64,000 bases of DNA from Klebsormidium nitens (lineage: Eukaryota; Plantae; Klebsormidiophyceae): positions 5,306-69,305 of the forward strand of contig DF237435.1 of NCBI GenBank assembly GCA_000708835.1, read 5' to 3'. Below are positions 37,280 through 53,535 of this stretch, piece after piece (the stretch's first letter is position 1; every line of letters begins with the position of its first letter). The notes below the pieces were generated by a model that worked only from the letters and a program-made list of their open reading frames with translations, was not told the origin of the DNA and did no database searches. Position numbers and translations under genes: made by a program.

Positions 37280-40200
37280 TCAGTTCCACCTCTTGGCGTT
37301 CTTCTTCGCCTTGCCCTGCCCTGCGCTGATCTTCTGCGCCTTTTCCTTCTTGGCCGCCTCCTTTTGCTTTTTCTGCACCTCTCGCTCAGCCTGCAGTGGA
37401 AAAATGCATAACCTCGTCGGTTTTCCACAGAGTTTCTCAGAGACTTCTCACGCCTGATAACGAATCCTTACATTCTACGATGAAAGCGTCGAAATGACTC
37501 CGGAAAGGGCCTGGCAGAAATTTCATTCCCCAATCGTCAGCACACTTTGAAGAAAGTCGACCAATCACGGCAGGCCCGAGACGATCGACCCTGAACCAAT
37601 CCGCTGCAACTTCCAACCGACGTATCTCGACAGGGGCATGCCGAGCAACCAGAATCCAGGTTCTAAGAAATGGCAAGTGACTCACCCGGGTCATCTTGGA
37701 CTGCGACTTGATTTTCGGCGCTGCGGCCTCGAGCTCGGCCTCCCGCTCTAGTTCCTTGCGGCGCGCCTCCAGGTTCTGCTCCAGGTAGTAGTTGTAGTCG
37801 CCCACGTAGTCCGCCAGCTTGCGCCCCTTGATCTCCACCACCCGGTTCACGATCTGCCGCAAAAAGTACCTGGGAACAACTGCCACGTGTCAGCACTTCG
37901 ACAGTTCATACGCATAAGGGACGACAAACGGGACACATTCTCTTTCTCGTTCCATGGACTCCTGCACAGTGGCTGAAAGCACTTGTGTGGGTAAAGCTGA
38001 GAATGATAGGGTCGGGCGTCATTCAAGAACAGCTTTAAGGAGGAGGAAGGACGCATAAGGAGCCCCTGACATCCAGGTTAAGAATCGCTCCGAGGAAAAA
38101 CCCCGCCAGAAGCTTGAACTAGGTTGCTTTCTCAAAGAGGGAGGGAATTATTCATCAAAAGTCGTCGAGACGGACAAAACCTCCACCGCCTCTTACCAAA
38201 CTTTCGTCAAAAGCACGTTTCCGCTGTAGCATTCCTGTACTAGGAGTTGCCGCCGTGGATTGGAACGAACCGCAAGGATATAAGGAAAGGTCAGGTCAAT
38301 CAGCGACAATTTCGCCTTTCCGCCTGGAACGGCAAAGAAGCGCGCCGAGAAGCACAAGTCAAGAGGATGCTTGCCTCACAGCTCGCCGTCGAAAGTAAAG
38401 AATGTGTACGTCACATACATGAAAGTTTGACCTTGCAAGCAAAGCTCGAACCTCCAGTCGAACCATCTAATCGCTCCAAACAGATTAAGCCCATGTATTG
38501 AAGATTCAAAAGAGACAAATTGCGCGTGTCCTTGCCATGGCTCAAACGGCTCTCACCTATCGTGAGACACGGCAATGACCGTTCCTTCGAACGCCCGCAG
38601 TGCATCTTCCAGCACTTCCTTGCTCGGAATGTCCAGATGGTTGGTCGGCTCGTCGAAAACTGCACCAGAAGAATGCCGCTTAGACTGGCATGCCTAAGCT
38701 AGCAAAAAGAACAGTGAGGGTCACCCTTCCTAGAAGGTCAAATGCAGCATGCAGGTTCTTGGGGCACAACCCAAAACTGGACCATGGTCTCACCCCAAAA
38801 CGCAGCCGACATTCGGATGCTATGCCAACATATGTGGGCATTTTGTCCACGTTCCAAAAACTGCCAGAAGCGGTAGAGTTTGTCAAGGCACGCACAGCTG
38901 AAGTCCTCAACTGACGAAACACTGAGAGCGCTTTCAAGCTTCCACTCGGGATCTGATACCAACCGATTGCTCCACAGACCTCTTCCCGAACCAAATAAGC
39001 ACTTCTCGGAAAGTGTTTTGAGTAGCAGTCGTGAATCTACGGATTCTACCCGCATATTGGCTGAACGTAACTGCGTATTCATCCATCGACATCTAATACA
39101 CACAAATCCCCAAGCTGATTGTAAAAGGCCAGACCCAGTCAACAATGGTGGTGATGAAAAGCCAATGTCTGTCACCTCTTATTTACAGTACTCTATCCTC
39201 CGGACGAGCACATATTTAAACCGTTCGCAGACATGCCATCTTTAAGCGGTCCTCACAACCAGACCCCGAGGCCCCATCCAAGCGTTCCACCCCTGATCCT
39301 AAAAGCAAATCCCAGAACTTGTCGAAGTCAGAAAGTCCTTCCTCAACGAGGATAACCGATGCTTTGTGCCTCCTTACTTAGCACGGTGGCAGGCGTGACC
39401 ATAAACTTTGCGAGCGCGACACGCGCCTTCTCCCCCCCGCTCAAGAACTCGACCTTCTTGTGGATGGTGTCGCCCTTAAAGTACAGCTTCCCCAGCAGGC
39501 CCTTGATCTCGTTCAGCTTCCAGTCTGTCGCGGCATCCACTACGGTCTGCAGCACCGTTTTGTCCAAATCCAGCGCCTCCGCCTGGAACCCATGGTTAAC
39601 GAGGGTTAGCAATCAACAGGAATTGAGTTCGCACCTGCCAAGGGTTGAACTTCTTGCGTTTTCCAGCAGTTGGAACAGAATTTGTTCTTCTTCTTGCATG
39701 ACGGTGTTTAGAAACAAACCCCCTCTAGGCAAGCGAGGAACTGACTACAGGCTAACACTTGAAACAAGAAGGATGGTATCTCTGTCATTTCTGCATACTA
39801 CGGTGAACATACCACATTGGAAATGACCAGCAAACCCAACATAGAAGGTGCCGCCTGTAAGAACCAGCTATATTCAGTCCCTCATTGGCCCCTGTTGCTC
39901 CCTCCATTGACTTACATGATTTGAACCTCAAGGTGCCCTCCCTCACCCATAACTTCCTGTAGCAACTCTCCAATGCCTTACCCTAACATCCCTTTTCAAC
40001 TCTTTAAAGTCATACCAAGATTATACTTGCTCCCTGCTTGTGTCCAGGCAGTAGTGCGGTTCCCATCCCTACCTCCACCAGGACACCTCAGGCCCTGACT
40101 GACACCCACGCTCAATCTCAACATCACCTAGCTTGCTGTCCCCCCGCTCCCGATCATACCCTCTAAACCCCCTGCTTTGACCCTTAACATCTGTCCTGTC

Positions 40201-43200
40201 ACCCATATCTGTCGTGTCACCCCTCGAATAACCCTTTTGACCTCACCTGGGCCTGCTCATCGCTAACCAGGCGTCACTAATTGCTTTATCAATTCCACCT
40301 TGACCATCTCAAGCCGCCAGAAACCCCAAACCACTGGCTAACCCTGGCTAAACCTTACCTGATTTTGCTCAAAGTAGTTGGGCAGCACGCGATGGCCCCC
40401 CAGGATGATCTCCCCCGCCTGCGGCTGCTCCCGCCCGAGCAGCAACCGCAGCAGCGTGCTCTTGCCGGACCCGTTGGGACCGATGAACGCAAGCTTCTCA
40501 CCACGCTCAATCTGGAGTGACGCCTTATCAAACAAGAGCTGCACAAACAAAAGCGCTCGTTGTCAGGAAGTGACTTCGCCATGAGACTAAGAGGCCACAG
40601 CAGATGATGATGTACATGTGACTCAGGCATAAACCTAGAAACTGGACAATCTAGCACTACCAACAACCATGAGAGGAAGGCAATGTCCCTTGAAAAACAT
40701 CCAAGAACGACTTTCTCACGTTCCAAGAATTCACCATCATGACACCTTCTTTATCGACTTAACCTACTGTACCAGCAGACCTAACCTGCATACTGTTGCC
40801 AATACTACAAACCGGCACAGATCTGGTTAAAATGGTTGGGCGACATTTGACTCGCATGCGTCGCCCCTTGAGTGGAAGCACTAGAGAACAAATCGACAAA
40901 ATCCAATAATCCACTCGGAGGCCTGGTCATCTGGCATACTCGAAGACCCTGGAGTGGCTTACCTTGTCCCCGTACCCGTGCGTCAGATTTTCGATTGTGA
41001 AGACCTCCCGTCCACTCCGCTCCGTCTCAGGGAACCGGAACGGAATCACCTTCCGGTTGAACGGCTTCTCAATCAACTGCTCTGTCTTCAGCTTCTCGAG
41101 CATCTGCACCAAGTTTCGACATGTCAGCCGATAAGAACCACCATCAGATACCGCACACTGATTCTATATCCAGCCCTGGCCTGCGCTTTCCCCTTTCTTA
41201 GATGTGACCACTATCCATTGCCCAACGAATACCTTATTGCAAACTAGCACTCCCTACGACAAATTGAAAATCTTCTACAAGCGACTTGCACCTCAAAACT
41301 TGGATATGTGCAGAGGACCCCGAAAAAGAAACTGACACCTGCCCAGAACTGACAACGCCCCACTGTCCCACGTGCAGACCAATGGAAGACGTTCTGCAGT
41401 GGCCCCAGAAGTCTCTAATCAGACTTGCAGACAAGAAACAAACCCTCTACCTAGATACCAAGGACTCTGGTCCAGTTCTCTCTTGGCTCCACTTCTCTTT
41501 CCAATCGAATCAAAGTTAGCCCTAATTCTAACTTGCAAACCCCAATCCAAACACTATATCTACCCCAGGTCTTGCCCCCCCACCTTCTCCGCCATGGACG
41601 CCCGCCCCGTATTGGCTCCCCCCGCCAGCCTGTCAATGATCTCCTGCTGCCGCTCAATCTCCTTCTGCTGCTTCTCCCACGCCATGAGCTGCGCTTCATA
41701 GTCCGCCGCCTTCTGCCCCACATACTCGCTGTAGTTTCCCGGGAATGTCTTTGCTACCCCCATGTCGGTCTCCACAATCTTGGTGCTCAGCTGGTCCAGG
41801 AACGCTCGGTCATGAGACACGATGACCATCGGCACGTCCTGCTGCTTCAGGTACTTTTCGAGCCACTCGATCGTGTCAAGGTCCAAGTGATTGGTCGGCT
41901 CATCTGTTCAAAGAGATTCTTACGTTAGTGGACGATCAGACCTGATTGGTCAGCCAATTTTATGCAAATAATCGTAGTGGAAGGGGGCTCGGAACTCTGA
42001 ATCTTGGGGGTTTGCAGTAAGAATGGCTTTTCTTTTTCCTGAAGAACGCCTTGGCGTCACTCCAAGCAGGTCAAAGGGCGCACAGAATAGAAGAGGCTAC
42101 AGCCTCACTTGTTGGGACAACTCAAGCTTGAAAAGCTTGAAGAAGTTCGTCGAAGGGCTCAGGCGGTGCTTGGGCGGTGCTTGCGGCAGAATTACACGAA
42201 ATCCTGACTCTTAAGTCTGGCTCTCAGGAATTCAGTCCATAACAAAGGGCGTTGCAAGAAGGCTGGTATGGTAAGTCAAGAAGAGATGGGTAGGAAAAGC
42301 AATATACGGGGAGCAATGCTGCTAAACCTAGGAGAACATGAAAACAAACCCAACAAGCAGAGACAATAAGCTACAAGAAAAGGCACTGAGGCTGAACAGC
42401 TGATTGGACAACCCCCTCTCAAGAGACCCCCAGAACCACTCTAACACCCTATGCACAAAAAAGCACACAAAGACATGGACAACCCTGCTTGAGCCAACAG
42501 AGTCTGCAAAACCCTATGTTTGAAAGAACCTCATTCTACGTGAACTCCAAAAGTGGTGACCGCTTGAGTATGCTCGCAGCAGCAAAGGGGAAGAGATATA
42601 AGGGTTGAAAGACTTTACCTAGCAGCAAGAGGTCGGGGTCCTGCAGCAGAATCTTCCCAAGGCTCATCCGCATCTGCCACCCGCCGCTGTAGCTCGCCAC
42701 CAGCCGGTCATTGTCCTCCGGCGTGAACCCTAGCTCCGGCATCATCTTATCTATCTTTGCGTCGATCGAGTACAAGTCCACCGTCTGCGCCCTCCGCTGG
42801 TACAAGTCCAACTCATCCAGCAGCGCCGACATTCTATCCATGTCATCGGTAGCCTTCTCCAGCTCCTGGTTGATCCACTCGATCCGCTGCTTCACCTCCA
42901 TCTGCTCCTCAAACGCACTCATAAACTCCTCTCGAACCGTCCTCGTTGGAACCACGGTAAATTCCTGGGTCAGGAAAGATATCTTCATGTCCTCCTTGGC
43001 TTTCATAACCACGCCCTCGTCTGGTTCCTCCTCCCCCACTATAATCCGCAGCTGCGTCGTCTTGCCTGCCCCGTTCACACCGACCAGCCCCACCCGTTCG
43101 CCCTTGGTCACCTCCCACGTGACGTTCTTCAACAGCTGATGATTCTTGTATGTTTTAGAAATGCCCTCCAAACGCACCCCCGAGCTCACACTCGACGCCC

Positions 43201-43552
43201 CCCGCATATCCCCGCCTCTCTTCTTTCCCCGCCGCGGCTCGTCCGCAACCGACAGGCCCAGGTCTACGTCCACCGTTTCGTGCACTGCCGCAACCATGAC
43301 CACTGCTTCCCTCCGTACGCCCCTTGCCTTTGCAGGCAACCGTGCGCAGGAAACTCTATGTTGTCCTGTCAGAAAGGAAGTATTTGCGCCCGAAGTAGAC
43401 GCAACTTGCAAGATGTCAGGACGATGTGAAACCATGGCAGCTGAAGAAGGCCGTCTGGGTTCGAAGGAAGAAACGGTTTGTGAGGAGGTAAGGGACATAG
43501 CGGCCATGCCGGCCGCACACCGGCCTGCTTCTGCCAGCGCCATTGCTCCCAT
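37280..43552 (-). CDS. ABCF5: ABC-F family ATPase, plastid ABCF5-like (8 exons, 725 aa)
   Basis: Exons 43552-42619, 41903-41584, 41103-40963, 40538-40359, 39582-39378, 38659-38557, 37869-37686, 37390-37280. Two NBDs ([22 protein letters not shown]; [22 protein letters not shown]), no TM domain, transit-peptide-like N-terminus, C-terminal KNAKRWN as in plant ABCF5. Confidence 0.92.
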
Positions 43553-44869
43553 TAATGGGCAAAATACCTTTCTGAAAATGTAAGAGCCTCCCTAGTACAA
43601 TGCTGGCGCTGCCTTTACCAACCAAGCACTTGCAGCGCAGAGAAACTCAGAAAGGAAAAGGGAAAAGGGCCTACAGGACCACACGATTCACAGTTCTGAC
43701 ACTGACATCAGTCGCCCTGAGTTCAAACAGACAAGGTATGAACATTGAAAGCTTCGCCATCATTGACTCTGAGTAGAATCTTCCTAAGGCATTGATATTT
43801 GACGCTGCCATCACCATCCTGTGGCTCACGGCGGGCCACGGAGCCCAGTTCTACCGTGTCAGGGGATCGCTCAAAAATCGTTGCTCAACTCGCGCCTCCG
43901 TCATCGTCCACGCATTTGTATCGACGGCTTCAAATAGATTTAATACAAGAGACGATCACCAGATCCCAAAGAATTATGAGAGTTCAAAGTTCAGACTTGG
44001 AAGCTTGAAGCTTCAGAGGGCTACACAGCATCGCATATGAGTTACTAACTAGTGCGGTATCTAAGACAGCTTGACAGCGAACTCGGTACCTATCTGTGAC
44101 AGCTTGAAAGGCGAGTCGGCCGGGGGGCCCAGGTTTTCCACGCATGGAGCCCAACGAAACACCTATGCTGCAGGGTGTCATTCGAGCATGGCACTCCTTT
44201 GCAGAATGCTCATGCAGTCGGAAACTCAAAACGGATCCAATACGTGGCTTGGATCTTCCCGGAAACCCCACTAACTAAGATTCTGCACGACATGCGCTTC
44301 AATGAGTGACCGAGTATGAATAATGTAATTCGACCATCGGTAGGCTTGGACTCATACTATGTTCTACCGCGGCATATGGGTACTTTGGACCCAGAACAGA
44401 TGCATTGCCCGGCATTAAACTGAGCCGCCGCAAGAAGCTTCTTTCAATTGCACATCCTACGGTGGAACATTGACTGCATGACCGTAAAACTAATGCGACG
44501 AGCCTGCTATAAAGGATATAAGCCGATTGCGAAGTGCAACTGTGGAACGAATGGGATCCTGATATTTTCAAGTAACAATCAGGCAAGGGTGCACGTACTC
44601 TATGCACACTCTGCATGAGCAATGGTTTGCACAGAAACTGCTAAGCACAAGAGCTGCAGACTGAACATTAGACTTCGTACCTTCCCACCAAACCTTGTTG
44701 GTAGCGCAACAAAGATTGCGGTTGGAAAAACCAAAGAATGAATCCTCCAGATTCCGACTACTGTAACCAACCACTTCGATTGTATTTGCAATTGACTAGC
44801 AGTAACCACTATGCTCATCGATTAGCGGAATGTCCACAATACCAAGCTGAACTGTTGTATATACATGCG

Positions 44870-46646
44870 CTAGCTCTTGCTCTTAGAGTGCTTGACCAGC
44901 CAGTCTAACGTGATATCGATGTTGGTTGCGTTCTTGCACGAGATGGTGTAGCATGCAATCTCCCTGTCCGTTATCAAGCGGAGGTCCCTGCAGCAAGGCC
45001 GTCCAATACGTTCAGATCAACACCCTCAAAGCAAACATGCCGCTAGAACGTGCACCCTGCGCACCAACTCCGAACACCCCTCCCAAAAGGAAGTATGTTC
45101 CTTGCAGTTGTGTCGAGCGCAACCTGCCAACCTTGCAGCGCACACGAGTCCGCTTACAAGCCTTTTGGATTCATGAAATAGGGCGTAACTACTCACAAGG
45201 CATCGATGAGTGCCCCGGTACTGAGGGCCTCTGGCTTGTCGTTCTTGTTCCCCAGCACCAGCAGTGGAATACCCGCGAGTGACGGCTTGCTCAGCAGCTC
45301 GTACAGCTCGTCCTTCGAGGTCTTTATGTTGTCGTGGTCGGCAGCGTCGACAACATACCTGCAATGCCCAAGCAATTGCAAAAATGCAAGGATGTCAGTT
45401 TACTTATGCGGCTTCTCATGGGGCTAGGGAGAAGCGATTCAGAATAAGGATCGATGGAGACCTCTCGAGTGCGCAAACGAACCAGCCACTATTCGACCAG
45501 ATGGTCAACTGGCTTTGGAACTGTTTCTTCTCCGCACAAATCGAGTGAAGGGCAAACCCAAAGAAGTGGTAATTTGCAAAAAGGTCAAGTGCCTCATTGA
45601 GAAGGGAGTTGGACCAAGAGACCATCAACATGCCGCAGGGCTTGAGCTTTGGGACTCACACAATGGCCGACACCCCTCTGCAGTACCTCTCCCACATGCT
45701 TCTAAACCGGGGCTGGCCTCCCAGATCCCACAGTTTGATTGTGACATTTCCCTTTGTAACTTTCCGCATATTGAACCCAACCTGCTCACACGGATTTCAA
45801 ATCGTCAGCACAGGTGGACCGAGGGCGAAGCAATCTGGGGGCAACAGACGAACGGACATAGGACTTCCGCCCCCAGGAGATGAAGGCGAACAGCGGCACA
45901 TCAAAGTTGGCTTCTGGCAATCAGGAAATGCAACACATAAGCTGCCAAGCGAACGCAACACACAAGGCCCAGACTAAACAGTCACATTAGGGTGGGATGG
46001 TGGTCCGACTAACCGTGGGAATCATGTCCTCGTCGTACCCGCCCGTCTGCAGGAAAGATGGCATTGTCTTACATGAACGAGTAAGAGCGGGAAGAGCTTG
46101 TAAACCCTTCTTCTCGAATTCTAACTGATGACTGATTGGCAGTTTGCTTACTTGCTGCTAAACATTCATTTGCACAGTCCTCAATATGAGATAGATGCAA
46201 GACATCACGGCAGCTGCTGCAGATGGATTTGAAAGCTGCAAAAGGAGCCTCCTTCCATGATGTGCAATTCAAACCCCAATAAGCCAAGTTAGGCTGACCA
46301 ACCGAGCAGGAGAGGGTGGCTTACCGCAATAACATTCACTAAGGAAGTTTTTCCGGCATTTTGAAGCCCGATCAATGAAAGCTCCATCTCCTGTTTGAAG
46401 AACAAGCTGGCCAACAAAAATAGGTGCCGTCAGAATTGTGACCGCAGTTGCTTACGCTGGCATTAGAGTCCGCAGATTAGGGTGATGAGAAGCGCCAGGT
46501 TGCTGGCTCACTACCTATAAGAAGCCCAAGAGCATATCCAGCCTCCAAACGCTTTGCTTGCAATTGAAACAGGGCCGGATCAAATCTATGAAAGCCAGCG
46601 GCGCTTACCTTCGTATCCAATTCAAAAAGGTATCCCATAGCCCCAT
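44870..46646 (-). CDS. ARL8: ADP-ribosylation factor-like GTPase ARL8 (6 exons, 184 aa)
   Basis: Exons 46646-46609, 46406-46325, 46046-46014, 45781-45660, 45358-45197, 44987-44870; [42 protein letters not shown]. Confidence 0.95.
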
Positions 46647-47129
46647 CATTGTGCCCAGAAGGTCCTGCCTGGTGCTGTCCACTGCCCTCCAAACAACAGT
46701 ATTCACACGTATGAATCGACTTTCTGTGTCTCTTTCCAACTTCTAGCTTTCCAAATTGTCACTGCATGTAACCTCCCTTGCGCCAAGGACCGTAAAGAAT
46801 CTTTTGAAGGAGGCCACTGAAAAGGTTGAAAAGAAAGCAGATTTTCGTGCAAACTTCCAATGAATGCCCTTCCAACGTTTGCAAAGCGCCGCCTCTCCAA
46901 GAACTTTCGAAAATTGAGTTTTCGTCTCCTTCTATGGCCGCCCACAAATCAGCTCGCCGTCTAAGTTTGGCGTCACGAGCTCCGTTGAAAGTGAAGACGT
47001 CCAAGTCAGCAAGTAGTCGAACTCCTCCAAGCCACGTCACGTAGTTAGATTCACATCTAGCGCATGGTGGTTCTTGTGAATTCTCCAGATGGAGAGCCAT
47101 TGCGCGCAAAAACAACCTAGGCACCTGTT

Positions 47130-47400
47130 CTTGATAAGTAGCTCTTGGGGATTCGAGGCCCTGTTGTGAAACTTGGAGCTTTATTATCGATGTGAGTTAA
47201 TCTGAGTTTGCAACCATAGACCCATACAGGGACCCAAGAGATGACGGTATTACACAAACACTTGATATTAGCGTTTAAAATTTAGATAATACAGGTGGCT
47301 GGTTGAAACCGCATAAAGAACCAGTACCTTGTTGGTCCACAAGTGGACGCCTCGACGTTCTGATCGTCCTCTTTCTGGATTGCCAGGGGCGTGGCTGAGG
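47130..47400. promoter_or_regulatory. Divergent promoter region between ARL8 and RPL26
   Basis: Start codons 46646 (-) and 47457 (+) face apart; both genes appear to have a 5' UTR intron, leaving a short shared core region. Confidence 0.4.
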
Positions 47401-47456
47401 CAAGGGCGCCTCTTTTCTTCTCCGAGCTTTCGCAGGGTTCCTTGGAGGGAAGGACC

Positions 47457-49514
<2,058 letters not shown>

Positions 49515-50755
49515 GCTGCGAGCTTTCGTTCCACTTCCCTTCAATACTTTTGCTGCCAGAAGAACGGATCCCTTGTCCCTCATCAACTTCGGTGTGCATG
49601 GAATGTCCCTGCTCAAGTGGGGTTACTACGCCATGCACATTATTCAAGCATACACAAATCCTTTACGGTTGCACTTTTTTATCTCTGGCGCGTTTTGGGT
49701 GAGGTGAAGTGAGTCGAAGGTGTCCTATGTTTTGGCATTGCCTCGACGCGACGGTTGTCTGCATCAAAGGCTTGATGTAAGACGGTTGGACAATGTGACA
49801 AACACAGAGCGGGCCTGCACTGACTGATGAGCAGTTGTACATATATACATTATTGCAAAGGGCAGCCTGTCATGCTTTTTGTTTGTACTTGGAACTTCTC
49901 TCAACCATTCTCCATATAGTCCGAATTAATATCGTTCTCAAAGTTACACTCTCAGTTTGCGGCAGCGGTCCGAACCGTGCCATATATGTCCCATACGGTC
50001 TGCACCGTCACATGCATATATCGCGCTCAGCTAATGTGCCGCTGGCACATGTATTGGCGCCTGTCTGCAGCCGGCTGACCGAGTAATGTCATGCATCCGT
50101 TCACCCGCATCATTGTGATTGAGCCCCGGCCGGAGCCTGCTATAATTCAAGCCAATTGGCAGCTGTGTGATATTTGCACTCACGATGTACTGCATGTGCC
50201 GGCCGGGCGATATCTGACTCATGCATGTCGCACCAGCGCCATGCTCATATTGAGTCAGTGATGTATCTCTGCGCCGGGGTTGGCGACTACTAACAATGCA
50301 CATGTGGCAGCCCTGGTCAACGACAATTCCACAATGAGACTTGGATCGTTGGACGCGGCAATATCACCTCAGTTGCTCATGCCACTGAGATGTTGGCGAC
50401 AAACTGATTGGAATCAAATTGACTAGGCATGCGGCTAAGCTTCAAAACCTGTTTGTATGCTATTAAAGCGTGGAGTTTTGTAGCCTGGCACCTATACTAA
50501 TGCACAAGTTAAGTTGCTCATGATACAGAGCCGCTTAAGCAGTCGCACTGACCTCTTTACTGGAGGCTCTGTGATGCCTATGATGGCGGCCCCTGGAATA
50601 TTTTACCTGCATCTAAGGCCGCCCGGGATGTACATAGTGACTCTCCTTAGAAAACACTGTCCTTCTGCATTGCAAGGGCCTGCGAAGACTGCTTGCGCAA
50701 ACATCCTTCCGCCCTTCATTCGCCGAGACTGCCAACAAAACATACACTAGATACA

Positions 50756-53535
50756 CTACTCCACACTTCTTCTCAGTGGACCAACCTCGGCCGGCTCCTC
50801 TCCTATCGGCGTAATACCACCCTGCTTATCATGCTCGTGCCCCGTCATATCCTTCCGCTCCGCCACCGGAGGTGCTTCAGTCCCGGGCAGGCGGACCACC
50901 ACGATCGGCACGCCGCAGTGATGCACGCAGTAGTCGCTGACGCTGCCCATGCGCGCATCGCGGCGAGAGGCGCGGCGCGTGGCGCCGAAGCCCTTGCTGC
51001 CCATCACGACCGCGTGGCAGCCGAGGCGCTCCATCTCCAGGCAGATGCGCTCCTTCATGTCGTGGTCCTGCGGGGCAGGGCAGGATGTGAAGAAGGAAGT
51101 GCAAAGACCAAAATACTGAGTACGACAATGTTCGGAGATGTAGAAACGTTGACTGGTTTCGGATACGTCACCTCGAGGGTCCACCATCTTAAAGGGAATG
51201 CGACTCTTCGTGTCAATTCTGACGATCATCGGCGAGAGCTTTCAAAAATGAGATTGTGTCAGAAGAGGCAGCAAGAAAACATGACAAGGATGAACAGAGC
51301 GGCAGTCATGCAGGTGAAACTCTTTATGGTCCACATTTGCCAGGCGTCTTCGAGACGTGGTCTTGGAGATGGCAGTATCGGACAAGGAGGAGCAAGACTA
51401 TTTGGACAGAACGGACAACGAAAAGGCGGGAAGACGACAGCGGGGCGAGTGAATGCACTAAGTTTTGAAACTCGTGCCCAGCTTTTAGATTGAAGTAACA
51501 ACTGACCGCAGCCATACGAGGCACACCTCGTCCGACTGTTTGAAGAGAGCGCAAACGGAGAGGGCTCACTCAGGATCAGGGAGTCGATCAGGTGAAGGAT
51601 GTTCAAAGGCGCCAGAAGCAGACCCGAAGAATAGGGATACTATAGGACCAGTGCAGAAGTGCTTGATTGCTGGTATCGTCGCCTATGAGCAAGTAGAACC
51701 ATGGACATAGAGAGCGCAGCCTGCCTGCAGCCCCGCAGCAGAGAATTAAGAAACGGTTTAGATTCTAAGCTTTTGACTTCGAAACAGGCGAGTACAGAGA
51801 CAGAACTTTCACGTCAAAAGCCTTAGGAAACGGCCCGCACCTTTACAATATGTATCCGGTAGCTTATCCCCGCATCCTTCAGGGGTTTGCTCAGCTCCTC
51901 CGCCTTGCCCTGCATCAAAGAGCGACTACATGAGTAAACTTTGATAAGGCGAATGATCGAGTTATTCAGGGACTTTCGACCTTCAAACCACATTCATCTT
52001 CATCGAATTCTTTCTGGCTTTCATCAACCTTAGTAGTCGATGCAGTAGAAACATCAAATGCAGCGGGCCCTCTCAACAAGTGACAGAGAATTAGTGGAAA
52101 AGGATGGACTACAAGGACAACGAACTTCTGGAGTGAAAAACCCGTCCCCAATTAACACAGTACTTTGGACATGCGTTAAACACATAGAGAGCTTTCACGG
52201 AGGCAGGGGCTCTTGAGGTCATTCTTTGGATGGGGAATCGACCAGGTCTCCTACAGAAATCAGGCCCAGTTAAAATCACAACTTCTGGAGAAGTGTGCAC
52301 TATTGCCATGTTCTCAGCTCTCTCCAAATCATGCATGACAGTTCATGTCTGCTTCATCCGAATCCAGGGCGCGATCCTCCCAGAAGCAGGTCAAAGAGAC
52401 TACAGAACACACATAGGCACGAAATGGAGAGCCAGGTCAAGATTACAGCGCATAAACCTGAAGAACAGGAGCAATGAAGTGGCCCAGTGAACATGCAGTT
52501 TCAAACACTGTCGCACACACAAGTGGGGTCACAACCTAAAGGAAAACTTCCTACCCAGCAGCTATCTCAAATAGTAAAACCAGACCAAACCTTCATGACC
52601 AATGAGTCGAGCCAAGTCCACCTACCAAAGTCAGTGCATCAAACTCCTTCTCAGTCTCCTCCGTATGCCCTCTCCGCCCTGGGTACTGCGGTCCCCAATC
52701 AGCTCCATACAGGCCACTGGTAGGTTGGACATGGAGCACTATCACCTGCCGACATGAACTTCCTCATTTGGGAGGGCTGATTGTTTCCACAAGTTGTGTT
52801 CCTTCACCGAGAGGCCATTTCTCCTCTCACCATGTAGTACAGAAGAAGAGGAGTTCTCCTCACGGCAAACCGCACTCTGCCTGATTAATCTATGGATACT
52901 TTCCTTGGTTTATGTATCGATACTGCACAGTTCAAAAAGACTAACACATCCCAGGTAGTTAGAGAGTAGCTGCGCTGTAAGCAAACACGAGAGTGCTTGA
53001 CCAACTTGACATAGGGCCTTTCTCCTGCTTGACTCTAGATAGTGAAAATTATGAGGAGTGACTGACATGAGGATTGCAAATCAAAATCTCTGCACGCCAT
53101 GACAATATATCGAACTGTTCCTTCATCCCAACATAAAGTGCCAAACCAGATAGACTGGCCTTTACAAAACAAAGCGATGCAGGTTTGCAGTTTCTAGAAT
53201 TTCGCACTTAATGCCACCATCCTTGAATTCTTGTAGTTGCCCCTTCTGCCATTTCAATCTTTGTCAAATATGATTGTAGCCACTGAAGAGCTTTTAACGA
53301 CCTTTCAACATTTCAAAAAGAAAGACATTCAACTTCTCAAGTGTGCTTGTTTTGCGACTCTCAGATGGTTTGCTCTTTGGAAAGCAGAATAAGGTGGGAG
53401 GGCAGAAGCATGATACATGCTCACCTTATCAGTCTTCCTCAAGTAGTTCTCCACGGCCCACTGCAATGCATAAGAACTCTCTTCAGAAAGGTCGACGCTA
53501 ATTGCAATTCTTCGCTCTGTCGGGGGAATTGCCAT
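50756..53535 (-). CDS. Universal stress protein A-like, PHOS32/PHOS34 type (4 exons, 203 aa)
   Basis: Exons 53535-53425, 52745-52626, 51909-51841, 51067-50756; RRIAISVDLSEES, VLHVQPTSGLYGADWG, VKDHDMKERICLE, VMGSKGFG, GSVSDYCVHH. Confidence 0.92.

Noticed and set aside
39980-40260. C-rich tract with CCCTAA-like words in an ABCF5 intron
   Set aside because: Not a regular telomeric tandem array; simple purine/pyrimidine strand bias.
46759-47124. 121-codon ORF upstream of ARL8
   Set aside because: Starts at a GT donor-like site and appears to lie in a 5' UTR intron; no recognisable protein.
51966-52151. Intronic ORF in the USP gene with FVVLVVHP...QKEFDE, faintly like exon 2
   Set aside because: Similarity too weak, ends in a stop without a donor; not a credible mutually exclusive exon.
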